Source: an uncultured Pseudomonadota bacterium
GTDB taxonomy: Bacteria > Oederibacteriota > Muellerivitia > Muellerivitales > Muellerivitaceae
Direction of reading: 5' to 3'
DNA: 64,000 bases
NCBI GenBank assembly: GCA_963770835.1
Contig: CAVYRH010000019.1
Span: 352,001 to 416,000, forward strand
Of the stretch, positions 29,502 through 37,929 are shown one piece after another. A model generated the notes under the pieces. It had not been told where the DNA came from. It made no database searches and saw only the letters and a list, made by a program, of their open reading frames with translations. The number at the start of each line of letters is the position of its first letter. Position 1 is the stretch's first letter. A program made the translations under genes and the position numbers.

Positions 29502-31649
29502 TCAATTTGCGGCCTGTATTTCAATTTGCGCCACGGGCACAAAGCGCGGGTCGGCGATGGGATACTGGCTTTTCGTGACGGGCCATAAGGCGCTCCTCCA
29601 GGAATCCAACCCTCCCGCTGAAAACTGCACCACCGCATCGCTTTCCCCCCGTCCCATGAACTTGTCCAGGTTCTGGTAGCCGTTGCGCTCATAGAACTCG
29701 CGGCTGAAGGGCTCTTGGCCTTTCTCGCGCGGCGATTCCTGTTTTTGGAGCCCCACGGCCAGGGCATAATTCCCTGGAGGGAAATCGGAGGGGACAAAAA
29801 GAATCCGGTGATCCTGATAGAGGAAGCCCGGTTTCATTGAGGAGGAGGAGCCATAGGGAAATTCATGGATGTCGTGCAGCAAAAAAACCCCGTTTCGGGT
29901 CCAATAACTTCCGTGGGAATCGATGAAAAGCCCCACCACGAGGTCGGAAGCATCCTGGGCACTGGCCTTTCGCCGGGCCCAATGGTAAGTCACCTGCAGG
30001 ATTCCCCCCGCCTTCACCTGGGGGGGATTTATCTCCACGCCCATCAGTTCCAGCCCTCCCCAAGCCGCCAGGGGTTTTTCCTTGGGAGCAGTTTCAGGAT
30101 TTTTGGCAATACCCCCCGGAACCACTTGTAGCAAGGGCCCCCACAACCGGTAAACCCAGCCCGGCGGCAGGTCCCACTTACGGGTCACGTAAAGGGGGCG
30201 TCCTTGGATTAAGGCCTCCCGGATCTGGGGCCCAACGGTTTGGGGGTCGTTCCCGGGTTCCATCGCTCCGACGTCCTTACGGAGCCCAAAGGATTGCTGG
30301 TACCCAACCACGGGAAAATACTCATTTTCCTCGGCGGGCATATAAAGAGCCTTGGGCCCCATGATGGTTAAAAGGTTCCGGGCGTAATCCTCCGCGCCCC
30401 TTTCCTTCTTGCGGTCCCAAAGATGTCCCACGGAGGAAATTTGGGCCAGGACAAAAGCCGCCAGCAGGATGCTCGCGACTCCTGGCCCGGCAACGCCTTT
30501 GCGGAAGCTCTTTTCCAGGAAAGCCAGGGGAAGGGCCGCCAGCAAACCGCTGTAAGCCCACCCCAAAAGAACCTGGTGGGGCTCAAAAGTTGGGAAAGGG
30601 ATGGTGAAGACGAAAAGTGCCTCGAAGAGGCCCCATCCCAGGGCAACCCAGAGGAAGGAGGGAATCTTTCTTCTTTTTTGATAAAGGATGGTGGTTCCCC
30701 AAGCCAGCAAACCAATCCCGAAGGGGGTTAAATCCGTCCAAAGGCGCGCGGCCATCATCTCGGCCACATGGAGTATGTTGTGCAGGGAGTTTGCTCCCAC
30801 GGAGCTGGAGAATTTCAAGGCCAGCACGTGCCGGATGAGGGCCATCGGATGGGTCAGGTCCGCATAGGCAATCGCCGGGTGCAGGGCCGACCTAAGGGGA
30901 AGGTACAGTGCGGTGCTCCTCCCCAAAGCAAAACAAACAATCAAAAGAATTATATTTTTGATGTTTTCTTTTAATCCGACAGCTTTTCTTGGCGTCTTGG
31001 CGTCTCGCGATTTTTGCAGCCCTTGGTCGAAGGCCAATGGGTGGCGGTAGATGTGGTGTAAGTATGCCAACCCCACGAAAGGCAGGGCAAAAAACTGGGT
31101 CGGGCGAAAGATGGTAGCGGCCCCCAAGATGAAAAAAGCCAGGAACCACTTGCCGGGCTTGTCGAGGCTTAAGGCCCATAAAATGAAAAGCCCCAGCAAA
31201 AGATGCAGGGCATAAACCAGGGGCGTGAGCGAATAGACCCACCAAGGCTGGCTAAGGCTCCAGGCAAGGGTCAAAAGGGCCAGCCATAACTTCAAGGTGG
31301 TGGAAAGGGCCTTACCCGCAGGCTCCCCAACCGTTGCCGCCAGGCGGCAGGCTAAAACCCAGAACAACACCGAAGCCAGGGCCGAGCAGGCCGCCGACAT
31401 CAGGCCCAGCCTTTCGGCGGGCGTGGACCAGGGAATCAGGAGGAAAATCTTCCCTAAAAGGTGGAACAAGACCTGGCCCGAAGGGTGGGAAATACCGAGG
31501 CAGGCGGTGGCCCCCACCATTTCGCCCGAATCGTACCAGCCAAGGAAAGGGGAGACGAGGGAGGCGTTCAAGGCGAAGAGCCCTAAAAAGAGGGCCGCCG
31601 GGATTTTCCATCCGATTATAGCGGGAAGGGATTTGCGCGGTTTCACCAT
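29502..31649 (-). CDS. DUF2723 (TMEM260-like) GT-C membrane glycosyltransferase
   Basis: WYDSGEM...LGISHPSG motif, many TM helices, YLPLRS, periplasmic C-terminal domain. Confidence 0.8.
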   Translation of the reverse strand: MVKPRKSLPAIIGWKIPAALFLGLFALNASLVSPFLGWYDSGEMVGATACLGISHPSGQVLFHLLGKIFLLIPWSTPAERLGLMSAACSALASVLFWVLACRLAATVGEPAGKALSTTLKLWLALLTLAWSLSQPWWVYSLTPLVYALHLLLGLFILWALSLDKPGKWFLAFFILGAATIFRPTQFFALPFVGLAYLHHIYRHPLAFDQGLQKSRDAKTPRKAVGLKENIKNIILLIVCFALGRSTALYLPLRSALHPAIAYADLTHPMALIRHVLALKFSSSVGANSLHNILHVAEMMAARLWTDLTPFGIGLLAWGTTILYQKRRKIPSFLWVALGWGLFEALFVFTIPFPTFEPHQVLLGWAYSGLLAALPLAFLEKSFRKGVAGPGVASILLAAFVLAQISSVGHLWDRKKERGAEDYARNLLTIMGPKALYMPAEENEYFPVVGYQQSFGLRKDVGAMEPGNDPQTVGPQIREALIQGRPLYVTRKWDLPPGWVYRLWGPLLQVVPGGIAKNPETAPKEKPLAAWGGLELMGVEINPPQVKAGGILQVTYHWARRKASAQDASDLVVGLFIDSHGSYWTRNGVFLLHDIHEFPYGSSSSMKPGFLYQDHRILFVPSDFPPGNYALAVGLQKQESPREKGQEPFSREFYERNGYQNLDKFMGRGESDAVVQFSAGGLDSWRSALWPVTKSQYPIADPRFVPVAQIEIQAAN

Positions 31650-31652
31650 TCG

Positions 31653-33638
31653 TTAAGGCTGGCCCTGGAGCTTCCGGATGTGGGCGTCGATCTCGGCCAT
31701 CCGATCCGCGTATTCGGGATTGTTGACCTGCTTCAGGATGTCCTCGATGGTCTTGTAAACCTTCACGGCGTCGTTTTTCTTGCCGAGAATTTCCATGGCC
31801 CTCGCCTTCCGAAGATAGCTGGGAATGTAAGCGTAATCCAGGTCGATAGCCTTCTGGGCTGAAACGATGGCTTCTTGGATGCGACCCATGGCCAATAGGA
31901 TGTCGCACTGATCGACGTACACCTGCGGATTTTGGGGGGCCTTTCCAATCAACTCGTTTTGGAGATCCAAAGCCTCGTCTAGGCGTCCTTGTATCATCAT
32001 GAGACGCACTTGGTCTTTCATGGGACCGGGGGAGTAGGGGGACAATTGAGTCGCTTTTTCGAAATATTGTTCAGCCAATGCAAAATGTTTTCTTTTCTCG
32101 GATGGTTTTAAAGCCGCGACCCCCCGTTTAGCCTCAACAGCGCCCAATAAATCCCAAGAGTCCGTGCAATCTTGGCGGAAGCCAATGCTCTTTTTGATGA
32201 AATATTCGGCCGAGTCCAAGTCGCCTTGTTCGTTATTGTAAGAAGCGTTGAAGTTATAAATTCTGGCCATGAAATCCTTATAGCCGCCAAGCCCCAAAGC
32301 CCAAACCACGAAAAGCACGAGAATCACCGTCCCCGCCAGGTAAACCCTTCGGGAAAGGCCCAGGGAAACCTCCACGTCTCCAGTCAACTTTTTCCGGGAA
32401 ATGGCGAAGGTGGCGAAGCCCAGGATCACTAGCCGGTGGCACCATTCATGGAAGGTAAAATCCACCGCGTTATGGACGGCCTCCAAAAGTACCAGGTAAA
32501 AGGCATATTCCAAAACCAAGTCGTCCTTGGGAACTTCCTTGAAGACCGGAGTCTTCAATGTGCGGCTTCCTGTTTCCCCCAGGATGTACCAAAGAAAAAG
32601 GAGGGTCAGCAAAAGCGCCGGCAGTCCGCATTCAATGGCCGCCTGGAGATATTCGTTGTGGGTGGCGGGTACGAATGTGTTCCAAAAGGCCGCGGGCTGG
32701 TAAGCAGGAAAGACGTCCGGAAAGGTCCCGGGTCCGAAGCCCAACAGGGGCTGGCTCATGGCCATGTCAAAACCGCTTTGGAAAAGCTCCCAGCGATTGT
32801 TGGCCCGTGGATCCACCTCAAGGGCGTTGAATAGTTTCCAAATGGTGAAGGAAGTACAGCCGATCACCAAAACCACGCCCAGACCGAAAAAAATCCACTC
32901 CCGGGTTTGCCAGCCCGAAAGCCTTTTCTCCACTTCCTTCATATGCAAAAACAGGTAAAGAAGCACTACCGCCACCATGGCGACGAAGGCGCCGCGGCTT
33001 TGGGTGAGGGCCCAAGCCAGGAAGAGGAGGCCCAGGCCCCATCCCGACATGGCCTGCTGGTGCAGTTTCCTTAGGAGCCCCCACAACAGGGCCATGCCCA
33101 GGAAACCGGCGCCGATATTTTCATTGAGGAAAAAACCCTTGCGTTCGATGAACATTTTGAAAAAAGGGATTCCCAGGGTCCGCCCGGCCATATAAAAGCA
33201 AAGCCAGGCCGCGGAAATATAAGCGGCCCAAAGAAAAACTTTTTCAAACACCGGATAAACCCCAGGCCAGCGTTGCCAAACGATTCTTAAGGAGAACCAC
33301 CAAAGGACCAGGGCCATGAAACCCCGGAATGCGTAAAAGCTTTCGAAAGCCTCCTTGGAATTCTTGACCGACAAAAGGACCCAGGCGCCGAGGAGCAATA
33401 AGAGGATGTTTGGAAAATCCAGCCGAAGGGTCCGGGGGCCGGACAGGGGGCGCAGGGAGACCGCCAGGCAAATCAGGAAAACAGCCGCTGAGGTCCATCT
33501 TAAAACCAGGTCCTGGGTCAGGGAAACCGGCACGGTGGCATAGGGGATGAGGGTGACCAGGGGGATCAGGATCAGAAAGAGGGCGCCCACGACCCGCCCG
33601 GTGATGTCGGCGGGGAACTTCAATTCCGTTGATTTCAT
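31653..33638 (-). CDS. O-antigen ligase/oligosaccharyltransferase-family protein with C-terminal TPRs
   Basis: LTQSRGAFVA, PLLGFGPGTF, THNEYLQ (Wzy_C signature), TPR helices at the C-terminus. Confidence 0.85.
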   Translation of the reverse strand: MKSTELKFPADITGRVVGALFLILIPLVTLIPYATVPVSLTQDLVLRWTSAAVFLICLAVSLRPLSGPRTLRLDFPNILLLLLGAWVLLSVKNSKEAFESFYAFRGFMALVLWWFSLRIVWQRWPGVYPVFEKVFLWAAYISAAWLCFYMAGRTLGIPFFKMFIERKGFFLNENIGAGFLGMALLWGLLRKLHQQAMSGWGLGLLFLAWALTQSRGAFVAMVAVVLLYLFLHMKEVEKRLSGWQTREWIFFGLGVVLVIGCTSFTIWKLFNALEVDPRANNRWELFQSGFDMAMSQPLLGFGPGTFPDVFPAYQPAAFWNTFVPATHNEYLQAAIECGLPALLLTLLFLWYILGETGSRTLKTPVFKEVPKDDLVLEYAFYLVLLEAVHNAVDFTFHEWCHRLVILGFATFAISRKKLTGDVEVSLGLSRRVYLAGTVILVLFVVWALGLGGYKDFMARIYNFNASYNNEQGDLDSAEYFIKKSIGFRQDCTDSWDLLGAVEAKRGVAALKPSEKRKHFALAEQYFEKATQLSPYSPGPMKDQVRLMMIQGRLDEALDLQNELIGKAPQNPQVYVDQCDILLAMGRIQEAIVSAQKAIDLDYAYIPSYLRKARAMEILGKKNDAVKVYKTIEDILKQVNNPEYADRMAEIDAHIRKLQGQP

Positions 33639-33713
33639 GCGCTTATTCTACCGGTTTTAAAAGCCCAATTCACCGCTAAAGGGCTGGCCAGAGATGTTAT
33701 TTGGAAGATTTAA

Positions 33714-33853
33714 CAGGGTGCTGAAAAAATGCATTTACACCCTGTCGACAGCCATGGGCCAGAAGCGAATCGCTTTAAGCCCCTTGGTTTTCAAGGGGTG
33801 ATTCGCGACGAAGATACGAAAAAGTCTGATGTTTAGACTTTTTCATCACCCTG
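33714..33853. mobile_element. 140-bp MITE-like element, copy 1
   Basis: 15-bp terminal inverted repeats CAGGGTGCTGAAAAA / TTTTTCATCACCCTG (14/15), flanked by TTAA and TCAA; homologous to 61508-61668. Confidence 0.85.
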
Positions 33854-36800
33854 TCAAAACCCGACTTTCACGCCTCCGCCGAATTCGTTGGAGTTCAAGT
33901 TGGTACGCCCGAACTCCCCTTGGTAATTCAGGGACAAGCTTAAGCTTTTCGCAAAGTTGATTTCTACCCCCGCCCCCGCCATGATCCCATCCTGCCCCAC
34001 CTGCGGCCCAGCCACCGTAAAGCTGTCCCCCGTCCCGAACCCCGCCTGGTAGGTACCGCCCTGGTAGTTGTATTCATGCTCCCATGCCAATTGGAGCATT
34101 GGGTTCAAGGTTGTGTCATTGCCCAGGGACCATTGGCTGTTCGCCCTCGCCCCCAAGCGGCTCAACAGCGAGTTCTCCGATTGGTTTGGAATCGTCAGGG
34201 GCGCCTGCGACCCTTGTTCCGTAAAGCTATTCATGCTGACATCGCTGTATTGGACCGACCCCATCGGGCCAATCTTCATTTGGCCCGACTTAAATTGATA
34301 ACCCATCTCCAAGGCCCCGTCATACTGGTTCCCCTGAGTCTTGCCCGTGGCCGTGCCGTTGTAGCCTGTTCTTGTGGTTCCGTAGGAGTTGATTCCCCCT
34401 TCCACCAGGGCGCTGGTATAGAACCCTTCCGAGTAAAACAATCCATAGAGTCCTAATTGCCCCCCGTCGGCGGTAAGGGTCCCCCCTGTCCCCAGGATCA
34501 CATCCGTGTGGCCATATCCCACCATCAGGCCTGCCACCATCTCCCTCGATAGGCGGTAGTCCGCCCCTGCTCCCGTCAGCCCGTAAGTCGTGACCTTGTA
34601 CCCCGCCGCGTTGGAATCCGAGGAAACGTTGAAGAAACCCCCGTTGCCCGAGACAAAACCTCCCCAAGGGCTGGTCTGGGACGGGGCCATGGCAGCTTCC
34701 TTGGAAGCCGGCATATTGCCCGCAAACCAGAGCGTTCCAGTACTGGAGAACCCCGGCAGCCAAGCGGTGTTGTCCACGTCGTTCATCAGCTGGGACATTC
34801 TTTGATCCACCAAGGCGGTCCGGGCCAAAGCCCCCTCGAAACCTGCTTGGTACAAAGCCGTGAAATCTTCCGGCGACAACTGTCCCTCAGCCGCCTGCAG
34901 GGAGGTATTGGAAAGAACGCCGATGGAGGCCATGAAACCGTCCACTTTGGGATTCAAGGCGATAGTGTCCAAATCTGCTCCAATGGACTTTTGGTTGGGG
35001 GTCGTTCCCGATCCTTGGAACGAGGGATTGATCGATTCCAGCTCCACCGCATTTGAAAAATAAAGGGGAAGGAGGCGGATACCGGTTAAGCCTTCGTCCA
35101 CCTGTTGAAAAATCCCGGAGACGGATTTGGCGTCCAGGATGGTCATTTTGCTGCCTAAAGTAGGGGCCGTAAGGCCGGAACCCGGCAAAAGGTTGAGGGT
35201 TCCATTGAGGATTGCGAACCCGGTAACGTTCACGCGATCTTGGGAGGAGGCTCCCGCGCCTCCTAGGCCCAGTTGAAGGGTTCCACCTGAAGCTTGGTAA
35301 TAATTGCCGTCGACTTGGAAAGTTAAAGGTGCCCCGGCGGTCGCGAGAATGCCGCCGTTGACCACCACCGAACCCACTGTTCCCAAGGCCTGGGAATTTC
35401 CTACTGCCAAGGTTCCCCCATCAATAGCGGTTCCTCCCGTGAAGGTATTAGCCCCCATTAGGCTCAAAGTCCCCGTTCCCACCTTGGTCAAGGAAGCCCC
35501 TGTGCCGCCATTTTGTCCCCCATCCGTGATCAATCCCGAAACAGTCGTAGAAAGGTTGTTTGTGCCTGTCACGAGGTTGCAATAACCAAGGTAATAAGTA
35601 CCCGTCCCAGCGATGGAACCCACGGTCATAGCCCCTCCTGCCACAGTGGAGGCGTTGTCGTAGCTGAAATCCACCAGGCACCCGTTGTCGTTGATGAGTT
35701 GGGCGGTGCCCCCACTTGAGTTGTTTTGAAAGTAAATTTTGCTTCCGGAAAAATTATTGGTGATGGTTGCCGACCCGGCGCTGGAATTGTCGATGAAATT
35801 TAGGGTTCCATCGTTGACAATGTTGGAATTCCCCGCTGTCGAGTTGTTGATGAAATCCAGTGTTGAAAGGTTGACGACTTGGCCGGTGCCGAAGGTTCCA
35901 TTTGTATCCATTGCCAATAAGCCCAAGGTCACAAAGGTTTTTCCCGTATAGCTATTGGCCCCCCCAAGGGTCAGGGCGCCGGACCCTATCTTTTGGAGGT
36001 TTTCATCCCCTAGAAGGTTGCCCGAAAAATTCCCAGACGAAACCATCAGTTGGGTGTTGGACTCATTCCCATAGACACTGACTCCGCCGCCCCCTTCCAA
36101 GTCCACAATCGAGACGGAAGCATCCCCTTGTACCCCGTTGGTGCCCTGGGTTGCCCCTGAACCCCCGGCGCCTCCCACGCCGCCGGTGATGCTCAAGAAG
36201 TTTCCCGATAAAAGAGTGACCGCTCCAATGGACAGATAAGTGCCCCCGCCGTTCCCACCCGCCCCGCCGGTGCCTCCGGTGGAGTTTCCGCCGTTTCCGC
36301 CGATGTCGCCCGCGAGAGTCAACCCTGACCCCGCGCCTAACGTGAGCGTTCCTATAGTAACGCCCAAGTTTCCGCCACCCCCGCCCGCCCCGCCTATCCC
36401 GGAGGCGGTGTTGTTTCCACCGTTGCCGCCCTGGCTTCCGCCCAAGATGATCTGATTAGAGCCCGTAATGGAAAAGGTCTCCAAGGACAGGCTAGTATTA
36501 CCTCCTTGGCCCCCGGCGCCGGACGTAGCCCCGGAGCTTCCCGCCCCCCCACTCCCCCCCGCCACCGTGACATAGGCATTGGAAGTGTCGGAGAAGGACC
36601 CGGTCAGCGAAAGGGTCGCACTGCCCCCGCTGCCGCCGTTGCCCGGTCCACCCAATACGGCTCCAGAACCGCCGGCGCCGCCGAGAACCTCAAAACTCAA
36701 ATTTCCCCCAAGGCTCACGCTTCCACCGATTACCGAAGCGTTCCCTCCATTCCCAGAGTTCCCTCCGTTCCCGCCTTCAATGGAAGTGAGCCCACCCTGG

Positions 36801-37822
36801 GAGGATAGCAATTGGGTCAAGGACCCAAACGTTACCATAGCGTTTCCGCCCGCGCCGCCGATTGAAACCCCGACCCCACCGTTGCCGCCTTGAACGGAAA
36901 ATTCGGCGGCCGCCGAAGCGGAACCCGTTAAAAGTGTTGCGCTGCCTCCGGCGCCGCCGGTCACTCCGGCGCCACCCTGACCGCCAGCCAAGAGAAGAGC
37001 CGAGAAAGACTCGACGGAGACGGAGCCGGCTTCCACAATAGCCGACCCACCCGCAGCGCCCATATTGGTTCCACCGGCTAGGTCAGTAACGCTCCCCCCC
37101 TGACCGCCCAAAAGTTGAAAATTGGTGCCCGATAGCGTAAAAGAACCAGCGGTTACGAAAGCCGAACCGCCCATACCGCCCAGGTCGCCGGTGCCGCCCG
37201 AAGCGGTTACACTGCCGCCAGAGCCTGCGAAAACTTGAACCGACTGGGTTAAGGTGGTCAAGGTGCCCACTGTGACTGAGGCGTTGCCCCCATTCTGTCC
37301 GACGAAACTTTGGTTTCCTATCTGGGTGGACGCACCCGACGCCGCGTTCAGTGTTGTATTAGCGGAAGAACCGATGGTCCAGGAAGCGGCGGTCACTGAG
37401 GCGTCCAACCCCGCTCCCAAAGCCCCGTTATTCGTCAATTGCAGATTATTGGACTGGGTGAAAGCCTGTTGGAAGAGGAGTTGGGCCTGGGCCTCATTTT
37501 GGCCGGTGAGATAGAGCCCCCCTCCCTCAAAGGTCACGCTTTGGGAAATCGGCGGTAAAGTCACCGTCAGGATGGGAGAAGTGTCGACTGTGAAAGTGAT
37601 GGCGCCTGCCGTGCCCGAGGCGTTCAACGTGGTGATGGCCCAGCCCAGGGAGCCGTTGCTTTCATCCGGGGCGCTATTGGTGACCGTTACCGCGTTTTGG
37701 GCGAAAAGCGGAAAGGCGGCCGGGAAAAAAAGAAAGGTCCAAATGAGGGTCTTCAGCCAAGCCGGGACATTTGAACGCATTTTTCGGAATGCTTGAAGCT
37801 TTTCGTTATTCCATTGAATCAT
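33854..37822 (-). CDS. Autotransporter 1 (Gly/Ser/Thr-rich passenger, PATR repeats, C-terminal barrel)
   Basis: Signal peptide (start probably 37780), GGxGGxGG repeats, LTKVGTGTLSLMGANTFTGGT repeat, barrel ending VKVGF. Confidence 0.9.
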   Translation of the reverse strand: MIQWNNEKLQAFRKMRSNVPAWLKTLIWTFLFFPAAFPLFAQNAVTVTNSAPDESNGSLGWAITTLNASGTAGAITFTVDTSPILTVTLPPISQSVTFEGGGLYLTGQNEAQAQLLFQQAFTQSNNLQLTNNGALGAGLDASVTAASWTIGSSANTTLNAASGASTQIGNQSFVGQNGGNASVTVGTLTTLTQSVQVFAGSGGSVTASGGTGDLGGMGGSAFVTAGSFTLSGTNFQLLGGQGGSVTDLAGGTNMGAAGGSAIVEAGSVSVESFSALLLAGGQGGAGVTGGAGGSATLLTGSASAAAEFSVQGGNGGVGVSIGGAGGNAMVTFGSLTQLLSSQGGLTSIEGGNGGNSGNGGNASVIGGSVSLGGNLSFEVLGGAGGSGAVLGGPGNGGSGGSATLSLTGSFSDTSNAYVTVAGGSGGAGSSGATSGAGGQGGNTSLSLETFSITGSNQIILGGSQGGNGGNNTASGIGGAGGGGGNLGVTIGTLTLGAGSGLTLAGDIGGNGGNSTGGTGGAGGNGGGTYLSIGAVTLLSGNFLSITGGVGGAGGSGATQGTNGVQGDASVSIVDLEGGGGVSVYGNESNTQLMVSSGNFSGNLLGDENLQKIGSGALTLGGANSYTGKTFVTLGLLAMDTNGTFGTGQVVNLSTLDFINNSTAGNSNIVNDGTLNFIDNSSAGSATITNNFSGSKIYFQNNSSGGTAQLINDNGCLVDFSYDNASTVAGGAMTVGSIAGTGTYYLGYCNLVTGTNNLSTTVSGLITDGGQNGGTGASLTKVGTGTLSLMGANTFTGGTAIDGGTLAVGNSQALGTVGSVVVNGGILATAGAPLTFQVDGNYYQASGGTLQLGLGGAGASSQDRVNVTGFAILNGTLNLLPGSGLTAPTLGSKMTILDAKSVSGIFQQVDEGLTGIRLLPLYFSNAVELESINPSFQGSGTTPNQKSIGADLDTIALNPKVDGFMASIGVLSNTSLQAAEGQLSPEDFTALYQAGFEGALARTALVDQRMSQLMNDVDNTAWLPGFSSTGTLWFAGNMPASKEAAMAPSQTSPWGGFVSGNGGFFNVSSDSNAAGYKVTTYGLTGAGADYRLSREMVAGLMVGYGHTDVILGTGGTLTADGGQLGLYGLFYSEGFYTSALVEGGINSYGTTRTGYNGTATGKTQGNQYDGALEMGYQFKSGQMKIGPMGSVQYSDVSMNSFTEQGSQAPLTIPNQSENSLLSRLGARANSQWSLGNDTTLNPMLQLAWEHEYNYQGGTYQAGFGTGDSFTVAGPQVGQDGIMAGAGVEINFAKSLSLSLNYQGEFGRTNLNSNEFGGGVKVGF
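33966..35626. repeat. Direct repeat copy A (1661 bp, offset 4076)
   Basis: Apparently identical to 38042-39702; alternative-frame ORF translations in the track match exactly. Confidence 0.9.
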
Positions 37823-37929
37823 TTGATTTGAATCTCCCGGGACAATGGTAAATACAGACGAGTGTCAGTAAAAAACGCGAAGGTTAATAATTCATAAAAA
37901 TCTGTGTCTCAATGCTTTGATTCCAACTA

